Below are positions 39,564-50,529 of a stretch of 64,000 nucleotides of DNA, one piece after another. Origin of the DNA: a virus. Taxonomy: Duplodnaviria > Caudoviricetes. The position numbers were made by a program, and so were the translations under genes. Within the stretch, counting starts at the first letter, position 1. The number at the start of each line of letters is the position of its first letter. Below the pieces are notes generated by a model that saw nothing but the letters and a program-made list of their open reading frames with translations, was not told the origin of the DNA and searched no databases. The stretch covers positions 64,001 to 128,000 of the IMG/VR virus record IMGVR_UViG_3300037249_000709. One strand, given 5' to 3'.

Positions 39564-40871
39564 AAGTAGCGTTGCCGACAATAAAAATAGCTATATCGGT
39601 TAAAATCCTGCGGAGGGCAAGACCGAGGAAAGACTTTTTTAGATGTTTATTTATAAAATTCGGAATAAGGGAAGTGAAATATGAAGAAAAATAGAGTGAT
39701 ATGTAATTGCGATAATTGCGGAAAAGAGATAAGTAAAAAGAAAAGTGAATACGAAAAATCAAAACATCATTTTTGTAGTGTAGAATGTCATTCAAAATGG
39801 CAGGATAAAAAACTGATGGTTGAGTGCGAAAACTGCGGTAAATCAGTTATACAAACATTCACTCAGTATAATAGAGCAAATCATCATTATTGTAGTAATA
39901 AATGTCAACGAGAATTTCAACACAAACAGAAAACCGAAAAAAGAGTATGTGAAATATGTGGAGTGGAGTTTGAGGTTAGCAAACTTTCTAAGCAAAAACT
40001 ATGTTCAGTAGATTGCCAGCACGAATGGCAAAAACTACAAATCGGGGAATTAAGTCCACATTACAATAGAGAAACCGTAAAATGTGAATATTGTAATAAG
40101 GAATATGCAGTGCCACAACACAAAATAAAAAATGGGCAACATTTATTGTGTTCTGTGGAATGCAAACGAAAATGGTATTCAGAGGTGTGGTCGCAAGACG
40201 AAGATTGGAAAAAAGAGTCCAGACTTAGAGCAGTCAGAATATTACAAGATGGATTGATTAACACAAACACTAAACCACAAAGAGATGTGAATGCTATATT
40301 AGATAATTTAAATATACCATATATTAATGAAAGTTCATTTAAATATTACGCCGTTGATAACTATTTGCCTAACCAAAATTTAATAATTGAAGTAATGGGA
40401 GATTATTGGCACGGAAACCCCTAAGATTCGGTTATAATTATAATGAAATACAGGCTAAAAGAATACGGCAAGACAAAGCTAAACACACCTATATTAAAAA
40501 ATATTATGATATTGAAATTTTATATCTTTGGGAAAAGGATATAAATGACAATCCAGTTCTATGTGAAAAGATTATTAAAGAATACATAGATAATCACGGT
40601 ATATTAAACAATTATCAATCTTTTAATTATCGTATTGAAAATAATGAATTGAAGCTAAATACAGATTTAGTTAAAGCATATTTTGAACAATAACATCTAA
40701 AAAGAATCCGTAGAGACTGTAATACTCACTATGGCAACATAACGAGTTCCGCTATTGACAGAAGATACAGTCCGAACTGCAACTATAACCTAAATGAAAT
40801 TGCAGAGTTAGCCAGAAATGACTAACCGCCGCTTATGCGGTCAGTACCGAAAGGGAAAGTAACAGATATTG
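39564..40871 (+). mobile_element. group I intron 1 in TMP, endonuclease ORF in L6a
   Basis: P1 TGTCGGT/GCCGACA with U-G; P10 AGCGTT/AACGCT; P7 GACTGT (40715-40720)/ACAGTC (40767-40772); J8/7 GAAGATA; terminal G 40871; in-frame G|N junction. Confidence 0.9.
39681..40693 (+). pseudogene. intron-encoded Zn-repeat plus Vsr/DUF559-like endonuclease split by a -1 frameshift
   Basis: CxxC...FCS repeats; IEVMGDYWHGNP* then QDKAK and ILYLWE in the -1 frame. Confidence 0.75.
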
Positions 40872-41445
40872 AACGCTTTAAAAACAATAAGTATGCGCAT
40901 CCGCGGCTATGACGAGGAAACTTCGGAGTACATAGGTGATGTCGAAGTCCTAAGCGGTAAAATCGCAAATGTTACAAAAACAGCGTCAAGTCCAGGTGGT
41001 ATCTCACTATTTACAGATGCAAGTAAAACCGAATATAAATCGACTTATGATTTATTAAAAGATATATCCGAGATATATGATGAACTTACGGACAAGCAGC
41101 AAGCAGAACTTCTTGAATTACTTGCAGGCAAGAGACAAGGAAATGTAATTGCGTCAATTTTAAATAACTTTGAAGCCGCAGAAAACTCAATGACAACAAT
41201 GGCTCAAAGTGCTGGTTCTGCAATGAACGAAATGGGCATCATTGAAGAATCGCTTGAATACAAACTTAATGCCCTAAAAGAAACAGGCGTTGGTGTGTTC
41301 CAGAATCTCTTTGATAGAGGCGATTTAGGAGCAGCCATCGAATTATTAACAGGCGTATTAGCCGCCATCGACAAAATAACCGAAAGTCTTGGTCTATTCG
41401 GTACGACCATAGCAACTATCGGAATTGTCAAATTCATTAAGAACT
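40872..41445 (+). CDS. tape measure protein, exon 2
   Basis: NALKTISMRIRG, KSTYDLLKDIS and LAGKRQGN TMP motifs. Confidence 0.9.
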
Positions 41446-42027
41446 TCGATTAACTCATCAGGGTTACATTATACACTTCCCAGAGTGTTTAATTGGTCTA
41501 TTATGGGGGAGAAATTGTCATAATGGCGACAACATTCAATTCCATAAGAAGTAAAGTTCTAAAACTAAGCAAAAGGAGAAATTGCCTGAACCTATAATGC
41601 TCACTACACCATATATTGGTAGCCGAAAAACAAGGCAAATAAGTCAAACCGATGCACACGGGAGTGAGATTTCTACGGCTAAAAAATAATGCCGGACAGA
41701 TATATAATTAGGAACTGGCAGCGAACCTACCACCGTTTAGGAGTACAGATAATCCGATAGGGTCAAAAGTTGCGCAAGCAATGTCGGGATAAGGGTCTAA
41801 CTGGTAGGAACGTTCAGAGAGCATTATTCCTTGCAGTGAATAAAAGCCATATTTTATTCGCTGTTAATGTATGTTCCAAAGTGCAAAAATAAATTCACCG
41901 TCGAAACGTTTAGCTTTGTTGTATAAGTTGGTGTGGAGGTGCTGGAAAGGTTTGTAGTGACCCCGTTTACAACTATGTCTTTAAGATATAAAACTACAAT
42001 CACAATAATGCTAATGGAGGGAAAATT

Positions 42028-42207
42028 ATGAACGATAATAAAGAAATTAAAGATAATAAAGAGTCCTTAAATAAGGTCGTAGACTTGATATGTGGGTATA
42101 TTACAAAGAACACCGATGAAACAAAGGACTATAACCGTTTTGTCGAGGATATGAAAAATGACGAGAAATTTCAAGAGATAATTAAAGAGATGACAGAACA
42201 CATATAA
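42028..42207 (+). CDS. 59-aa intron cargo protein (not in ORF track)
   Basis: GGAGG RBS; MNDNKEIKDNKESLNKVVDLICGYITKNTDETKDYNRFVEDMKNDEKFQEIIKEMTEHI. Confidence 0.6.
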   Translation: MNDNKEIKDNKESLNKVVDLICGYITKNTDETKDYNRFVEDMKNDEKFQEIIKEMTEHI

Positions 42208-42234
42208 AAAAGCTGTAGCCACGCGACTACAGCC
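42206..42234 (-). terminator. intrinsic terminator of the antisense cargo cassette
   Basis: 10-bp stem that pairs fully only on the minus strand (G-U pairs), then TTTTT. Confidence 0.75.
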
Positions 42235-42261
42235 TTATGATTTGAAATAGAAGGGATATAT

Positions 42262-42450
42262 ATGGATAACAAATACCATGCACAAGTGTACATCAAAATT
42301 TTAGACAAATGGGAAGAATATATTGCCAAACTAAAAGAAGAAAAAGGCGATAGCGATATTTCTCTTGAAAAAGCTATGGATTATGAAATCGAATTTGGAG
42401 TAATCCCGTTTGGTTGGCGACTTATGAATCATAGAGATGACATTGAGTAA
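42262..42450 (+). CDS. 62-aa intron cargo protein
   Basis: ORF with AAGGGA RBS. Confidence 0.55.
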   Translation: MDNKYHAQVYIKILDKWEEYIAKLKEEKGDSDISLEKAMDYEIEFGVIPFGWRLMNHRDDIE

Positions 42451-42466
42451 TTATAAGATTCTATTT

Positions 42467-42934
42467 TTAGCGAAACCTTTTTACGCACCTCTCAAAAATT
42501 AAAATTGTTTCTTCGATAGTTGCATTTGAGCCAAAGCCAGCAATAGATGCGGCATTAACACCCAATTTATTTGTAAAAGTGTTTACTAAACGCCAGCCTT
42601 CCTGTCCGCGTCTTTTTAACTCGTAACATAAAGTGGCAGTATCTATTTCTCCAGTGGGTTTATCACGAATAACGACAACATCATATTCGTAAAGGTCATT
42701 TATTTCAAGTTTTTTCGCAAGAGATGAGTCTTGTGCTAATTGGAAATTTCTATGAATGTTCTCTCTTTGTCTGTTATCAATACTTTGTTGTTCTAATCTT
42801 GTTGTTCTTTGTTGTTCGCGACGTTTGATTGTAGCAGGAGATATAACCTTTCTGTAGTTATAGTCATAATTACAATTAAAGCAAACATCTGCATTGTCGC
42901 CAATCCACTCGTTGCAATTCGGACATCTTTTCAT
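42467..42934 (-). CDS. zinc-ribbon plus DUF4177-like intron cargo protein, antisense to TMP
   Basis: CPNC..CFNC; YEYDVV...GQEGWRLV...LIFER; GGGTGGTGA RBS. Confidence 0.8.
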   Translation of the reverse strand: MKRCPNCNEWIGDNADVCFNCNYDYNYRKVISPATIKRREQQRTTRLEQQSIDNRQRENIHRNFQLAQDSSLAKKLEINDLYEYDVVVIRDKPTGEIDTATLCYELKRRGQEGWRLVNTFTNKLGVNAASIAGFGSNATIEETILIFERCVKRFR

Positions 42935-42956
42935 ACTATCACCACCCTTTTATACT

Positions 42957-42985
42957 ATTTTAATATATTTAAGCATTTATGTCAA
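42957..42985 (-). promoter_or_regulatory. sigma-A promoter inside the 3' end of intron 2
   Basis: TTGACA-17bp-TAAAAT. Confidence 0.8.
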
Positions 42986-43000
42986 TATGATTCCTCCTTG

Positions 43001-46000
43001 TTGATTTGCAATTAAAAACTCTGGGACTTCAAGGTGCAAACAGTATTGACATAGTAAGAATTGCTACCCAAAATATGTCAAACGCAGATTTTGCGGCAGC
43101 ATTATCGACTACTGCTCTAACAGAAGCAGAAAGGTTACAGCTTATAGCCGGACGGCAGCTCACAGATGCAGAGTTAGAAAAAGCACTGGCAACCAATACA
43201 TCGAGTGCTGCAAATGTTGGAGCTACCGTAACCACATTTAGCTTGGCAGGAGCATTTAATAGTTTAAAGACAGCTATTAAGGGCGTGGGTATTGCAATGA
43301 TGAGCAACCCTATAACTGCCATTATCACAGTTGCTCTTACAGCTATTACCGTTATTTCGCGAGTAAAAGCCCATATAGATAACGTTGCCACTGAAATTAA
43401 AGAAAAATCTGAGGAAGCAGCAAACTCAATACAAGAAGTTAGCGATGCATTTCAAAAAACGACAGAAACTGTGGATAACATTGGAAAAAGATTTGCAGAA
43501 TTAGCACAAGGAGTAGATTCGCTAACTGGAAAGAATATTTCTTTAACCACAGATGAATATTCTGAATTTTTGAATTTAAGTAATCAGTTGGCAGAATTAT
43601 TTCCTTCCTTAACAAGACATTATGACGAGAATGGAAATGCCATTGTAAATTTAAGTGGAGATGTAGACACTATTGTTGGTAGTCTAAAGAATCTTGTAGA
43701 TGTTCAACGCCAGGTTGCCAACCAAAATATTGCCGAGCAACTTCCCGATTTGTACGCAGGAACTATCCAAAAATCAAGAGAATATCAAGCTGATGCAAAA
43801 ATGTATCAAGATGAAATTCAGGGTACACTTTCCGCATGGGAAGGGATAAATGGTGGATTTATCAATGGAAATATGCTAACAGTTCGTGCGCCTGTTGATA
43901 CATTGGAAGAGCTTGAAAAAGTTGAGCAAATATATCTATCTGTATTAGATGATTTAGGTATTGCCTATCAATATGCAGACAACTTAGATGGTATAAGATA
44001 TAAAATCAATTCCTTTAGTAATATGAGTGCAAGTGAAATTTCAAATATGACTTCTCAAATTGAGAGTAGCGTAAAAGAGGCTTTACTTGCCGATACATCG
44101 TTAAATAAATATTTTGATGATTCATATAGGGATATTGAAAAATATAGTGGTCTTGTTGAGTCGAGCATTAATAAGAACAAATCGAATTGGGCAGGTTTAA
44201 CGCAAGCGCTCACGTCTTGGTTGTCTACTGATACCACCTATCAGGCATTAAGCGATGAAATGCAGTCCATTGTTCAGATGATGGTAAACAATGTGGATTT
44301 TGCTGAACTCGACTTTGATACTTGGGAAGAAGCGTCGCAGTATATTATAGATAGCATCATTGTTCCAATTTCTGAGGCTTCTGACGAAGTGCAGCAAGCG
44401 TATATCGACTTATTTAGTTTAGACTCCAATCTTTCTTATTCTACATATATGGCAAATGCGCAAAAGGCAATCAGTGCCATTGCAAGTGGTTTAGGAAAAT
44501 CTTATGAAGAAATCGCCAAAGCAGTAGGATATGATAATACCCTTGATGATTTGCAAAAGAAAAGGGATAAAGTTTTAAATAGCTTATTTTCATACGGCGA
44601 AATTCGTTGGGGTGGCGGAGCAAATAAAGCAAACTCGCTTTCCGCTGCGCAAATCAACCAAGCATATAGTTATATCACTAATTACGGTGTTAAAACTTGG
44701 AAAGAACTCCAATCCGCTTTTGCTAATAATACTTATGGGCAGCTTATAGACCTTGAATCCGAAACGGAAAGTTTAAAGAACTTTAATACGGCAATTAGCG
44801 AGTCGGCATCTGCAACTGGTATGAGCGCAGATTCTCTAACTAATTTAAGCGAAAGATATAAAGACGTAGAAGGTCACGAAGCTGCTTTATCTAATCTTTA
44901 CACTAAAACTTCAACAGGCATTCGTGTTAATGTTAAGTCCGCTCGTGAGCTTGAAAAAGCATATAATAGTCAGAAGAAAGAACAGCAAATCAAGCAAATA
45001 GATTCCTTGAAAAAGAAATACAAGGAATTAACGGACGAAATGCGAGGAACGACCGATGCAACGAAATATGCTGAGTTGTATAATCAACGGGCAAACATTG
45101 CTGCTCAAATAGATGATGCTACAAGATTAGCCTCACAATACCAAGCATTAGCCTCTTATTATAATGCTTGGCAAGCGGCAATGAGTTCAAGCAATCCCAG
45201 TGACCCATATAGCAACATTCAGTCTGGTTATGATAAAATTGGGGAACTAATCGAGCAAGGCTGGGCATACAAAGATGAGGTTGACACTTATTTAGACCTA
45301 TTACTAAATCCAGACGTTCGCACAAATGATAATGTGGCGGATTATGATAAGTTGGGAGAAAAAATAGGTAATACAAATTTTTCAATCAAAGATTTCTTTG
45401 TTACAGATGACGATGGAAATCTGGTGTCTGATGGAGTATTCAATTTTCTTGATGCTATCAAGGAAGGATTAGGAGAGGATTATGTAAAAATTCTTTCTGA
45501 TGGAACATATTGGTGGGATTTAACTGGTGACAAAGCAGAAGCTGTTGCGAAGTATTTAGGTGTATCAACTGAGTTTGTTGATTGGATGCAACAAGCATTA
45601 AAAGATATAACCGGGGACTTTACCGAAGAATCAATGTTCGGTGATTTAGTTATTGATGCGAAAGATGCGGAGGAAGCTCTGTCGGGTCTTTTAACAAAAA
45701 TAGATGATTCCAAAAACAAATATAATCTGGGTAATATTTATTTAAACTCCAATAATTTAAAAGATGTTAATCAGTATATTGAAAATATCGGAAACCTTAT
45801 AAAGGACAACTTTTTAGGAAAAGATGGCAAAATCGACATCTCGGTAAATGGTGCAGAAGAAGCTACCATTGTTTTAACGGCACTAATTCAGCAAAAAGCC
45901 GAATTGACTGCTCCTGCTATAATGTCTATTGATACAGAGGCATTAGACTCCACGGACGTACAGCTTGCAAATGCTATCGAGTTATTACAACAATTTATTA

Positions 46001-49000
46001 CTTTGTCTGTACAATTAGAAACACAAAAATCGCTCGGTTTAGATACCACTAATACACAAACACAGTTGGTTAATGTGTCTAATACTCTTAATGGTCTACC
46101 CAAAGAGATAAAAACAAAAATAGGTATTGATGGAGAAGATGTTTCTAAATCTATTACAAATATTGCCAACACTAATGTGACTGCCGGGGTTAAACTAAAA
46201 GACGGAGATATTGATACCGTAAAGAAAACCATCGCAGGAATTGACCCAAAGACCATTGAATTGCTTACCAACTCCGATGATACGATAGATGACCTTAATG
46301 AGGTCGAGAAATTCACGATTCACGACAAGCCGTTTAAGGTAAAGATGAGCGGTTATTCTGCCGCAATGGGAAATATGCGTAATCTGGATTCATTCCAATT
46401 TGATACCAAAGTTATTACTATTAGAACAGAATATATTGATGGTGACATAGATGGTTCTGGCAGAGCGCAAGGCACAGCTCATGCAAGAGGAACAGCATTT
46501 GTGTGGGGGTCTGCATATCAAAGTGGAGATTGGGGAGTCAAGAAAGATGAAGTTGCGTTGGCATCTGAGGTCGGCACTGAAATAGTTGTACGAGATGGTC
46601 ATTTCTTTACAATCGGAGAAAATGGTGCAGAGTTCTTCCATTTCAAGAAGAACGATATTGTATTTAACGCTGAACAGTCAAGACAACTTTTGGAGAATGG
46701 TAAAATAACAAATGGCAAAAAGCGTGGAGTGGTATATGCAAACGGCACAGCCTATGCAAACGGAACTCCATATGCAAGTGGTGGCGGCAGCACTGGAACA
46801 GCCAGCAGACGAAGAACTACTATTGAACAACAAGTCGAAGAAGCTACGGCAGAGGAAGTTTCAAATGTCATTCCAGATGTAGATGATTATAATGCCGATG
46901 ATAGCTTTAAATACATAGACCGCGTAGAGATTTTACTTGACAGAATACACCGAAAAATCGACGCCGTTAAGGATGCAATTAGTGACGTATTTAGTTTGTG
47001 GAGTGATAGAGGTGACAATATCACAAAACAAATTGGAAATATAACCGATGAAATTGGAACACAAGAAGCCGCAGCAAAACGATACCTTGAAGAAGCTCGC
47101 AAACAAATTGACAAATACGGATTAGACCCTGACTGGGTAAAGTCTATAGAAGAAGGCAATATTGGTTTTATTTATTTAACCAACCTTGATGAATTACACG
47201 AGGGCTACGAGGAATACAAGAAATGGTACGAAAAGTATCTCGATGCTCGTGACACGATTCAAGGGTTAAACAATGACTTATCTCAACTTTACAAAGATGA
47301 GTTTGATAATATAAAGAGTAATTATGATAATCAAATTGACCTCAATGAATATTTGCAAGATTCAAACGAAAAAACATATACTCAAAGCACAACTTACTTT
47401 GATGATATGCGCAATATTTATCAAGGGAATTTAGGTTTACTAACAAAGGAAGCGCAAGAACTCGAAGCTCAACTACAAAAAGCAGTAAATGAAGGTAAAA
47501 TCGAGGAAGGCTCGGAAGCATGGCAAGAAATGCGGAAAGACATCAATGATGTCAAAAAGGAAATAGCTTCAACTAATGTAGAACTTGCCAAGTTGTATAC
47601 AGAGCAATTTGAATATATTGAAAATAATTATAAAAACCAGATAGACTCTTATCAGAGTCTTAACGATGCCAACGAAAAGAATTTTACCGCAACCACTAAT
47701 TACTACAAAGAAATGCGGGAAATATCGAAGAAAACATTGACAGCACAAGAGGATGAGCTTGCCGAGCTTGAAGATGAATTTGCTAAAGCTATGGATTCCG
47801 GCAGAATAGAGGAAGGCTCAGAAGCATGGTACAAAATGCGCAGTGCTATTGATGATACTAAGCGAAGCATTGCCGCAACCCGTGTAGAACAAAAGCAGCT
47901 ATACCTGGATGAGTTCAACTATATGCAAGACAACTATAAAAATCAGTTGTCGCTATATGAGCATACCGCAAATATGTATAGTAAACGAGCGACTTCTATG
48001 GAAACACGTGGCTATGTAACAAGCAGTACGCTTTTAAACAAGCAAGCCGAATTACAGCAAAAGAATTATTCGCTTTTGAGAGAAGAACTTATTTCCTTGG
48101 AGGACGAATATGCAAGAATAATGGCAACTGGCGAAATTGAGAAATATAGTGCAAAATGGTATGAACTAACCAATAGTATCAATGCCGTTAAAGAAGCTAT
48201 GTACGATTCGAGAATAGAAGCCGAAAAACTCTTTAAGGCTATGGAGCAAGTTGACGAAGATAAATTTGCTTTGCAGCAAAGTATGATTTCGCAACAGCAG
48301 GATGAGAGCGACTTCTTTATAAATCTAATGAGCTTTACCGATTTGCACAACAAAAAAGGAACGCTCACAGATGCCGGGCTTGCAACGCTTGGACTTCACA
48401 ATTACAATGTTGATGTTAATAGCACGCTAAAAAGGGGTTATGATGAAGAAATTGCTCGTGTTGACGAACGGTATAGACTTGACCCATATAATATAGATTA
48501 TTTGAAGTACAGACAAGAGCTGGTTCAAAATCGTCGCGAGGCTGTTATCGCCATTGAGAACGAAGAAAAAGCAATGATTTCTCTTGCTGAAAATGGCATT
48601 AAATTGGAACTCAACAAATTAAAAGAGCTTATTCAAACATACAAAGATGGTATAGACCAAGCAAAAGACTTGTATGACTATTCCAATCAGATTTCCGACA
48701 AGACGAAGAAAATTACCGACTTGCAGAAACAAATTTCTGCTTATGCTGGCGATACCTCAGAGGAAACAAAAGCCATCGTTCAAAAGTTGCAGGTGGACAT
48801 AACCGATGCACAAAAAGACCTTAACGATACAGAATATAGTCGTATGGTGACAGACCAAAAGAAGCTATTAGATAGCCTTTATGACGAATATGAAGCGTTT
48901 TTAAATAGTAGGCTTGATGATAGAAACGCACTTCTTAATGACTTGAAAAATTCTGTTAATAGTGTCCCTGGTGCAATCCACGAATCTCTCACCGAAGTGG

Positions 49001-50127
49001 CTAATGCGGTTGGCGTTCCGCTTTCAGATGGTATGAAAAACACTTGGGAACAAGCGGCAAAAAACATTGAAGCGTGGAACGCAACTCACGTAGCAGACCA
49101 ACAAATAACTGAGCAAGCACTATTAGATACCTCTAATTCGTGGGCGACTTTTGGAGAAGGACTGAACACTCGTCAGGACTTCTTGAATACGCAAGAGGGC
49201 GAAATTGTACTTGCTACAAATAATACCACCCAAGGTATCAACAAGGTGTGGGGCGACATTGGCGTAGCCGGCGGTCAAACGCTCGTAGAAAAAGCCGATG
49301 AAGATTATGTAAAAATGCGCGGTGATATGACCAATGACAAAAACGATATTGTTGGAGATATTACTACGGGTATAACCAATGGTGTGTCCGATATTGATGG
49401 GAATGATAGCAATATAAATTCTAATCTAAGCACGGCAAATGATACTTTAAAGGATATTAAAGATTTTGTTGAGAAGATACAAGAACGTGCAGAAGAAGCA
49501 GCTACTCCTTATATGGGAGATGTTAATTTGGATGATAATGTTGACTCTGCCGATGCATTAAAGGTGTTGAGAGGCGCTGTTGCTCTGGAGAGATTAACGG
49601 AGAGTGAAAAAGCTCTTGCAGATGTTAATGGTGATGGTCAGATTGATAGCGCAGATTCACTAATGATATTAAGGATGGGTATTGGACTTGAAGATAAAGT
49701 CAAGGTAAAAGCGTTTAGTACGGGTGGACTAAATGATACCCCAGGATTAGCAATGCTTCACGGAACGAAAGAAAAACCCGAACTTGTTTTAAATGCTAAC
49801 GACACAAAGAATTTTATCAATTTCAACGATACATTACGCGAGATGGAAAGAAGTCAAACACTTGATTTTATGAGTGGTTATGCGGGCATCGAAGCACCAC
49901 CGCTTCAATTAATAAAGTTGCCATCTTTTGCATCGGGTATGAGTAGTCCAACAATGAGTCAAGATGTTAGCATTACTAATAACTTTGCGATTGAGCGTGT
50001 GCTTGATTATAATGATATAGTTAATAAAATGCGAAACGATAAAAAGTTTGGAAAAGTAATACAAGATATGAATATGAGTCAATTAGGTTATGGTAGCGAT
50101 ATGAGCAAAAATAAATATAGGTGGTAA
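43001..50127 (+). CDS. tape measure protein, exon 3 (spliced product 3198 aa)
   Basis: long helical repeats (IEEGSEAW), no RBS before TTG 43006, C-terminal dockerin. Confidence 0.9.
49516..49689 (+). other. type I dockerin-like domain within TMP
   Basis: duplicated Ca-binding loops GDVNLDDNVDSADAL and ADVNGDGQIDSADSL. Confidence 0.85.
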
Positions 50128-50130
50128 CTA

Positions 50131-50166
50131 AAAGTGCGGAGATACATTATCGTGTTTCCGCACTTT
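50131..50166 (+). terminator. hairpin terminator after TMP
   Basis: AAAGTGCGGAGATAC/GTGTTTCCGCACTTT stem. Confidence 0.65.
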
Positions 50167-50188
50167 ACTTATCCGAAAGGAAATAAAA

Positions 50189-50509
50189 ATGAATCAAGAT
50201 AGAAAAATCAAACAACAAAGGCAGCGATTGCAAGACCTTTCTCGGCAAATTAAAGACCTTGAAGATGAAAATAATTCGCTTAACAAAGAAATTGATAACC
50301 TGTATGCGATAAATGATATAAGGAATAAAGAGTTAGCCGAAACAAGAGAAGAATGTGAAACGGCAAAAAGAAATTATAAAGAATGCGCCGAAAATTTAAA
50401 GGAATTGCAGGAGCAGTATAAGACAATATTACAGCTTATGACACGAACAAAAGAACATTACGAAAAGGCTGTTAAAGAACTTATTGAACAAATAAAAACG
50501 GATATTTAA
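50189..50509 (+). CDS. coiled-coil hypothetical protein
   Basis: heptad-rich ORF with AAGGA RBS. Confidence 0.7.
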   Translation: MNQDRKIKQQRQRLQDLSRQIKDLEDENNSLNKEIDNLYAINDIRNKELAETREECETAKRNYKECAENLKELQEQYKTILQLMTRTKEHYEKAVKELIEQIKTDI

Positions 50510-50529
50510 AAATAGCAGGAGGTGATTCG

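Larger units (their letters stand above)
41446..43000 (+). mobile_element. group I intron 2 in TMP carrying accessory genes
   Basis: P1 AACT/GGTT with U41445-G41462; P10 ATCAG/TTGAT; P3, P4, P6a, P7 (GAGCA/TGTTC), 13-bp P8 and J8/7 TAATGTA all found; terminal G 43000; splicing restores frame (AAC T|TT GAT TTG). Confidence 0.85.

Noticed and set aside
41446-43000. IStron
   Set aside because: No TnpA (HUH or serine) or TnpB/RuvC motifs in the cargo
37668-50127. Three independent TMP genes, a pseudogene, or stop-codon reassignment
   Set aside because: TTG starts at 40869 and 43006 lack RBSs, both gaps contain group I cores whose predicted splicing restores the frame, and other genes read normally in code 11
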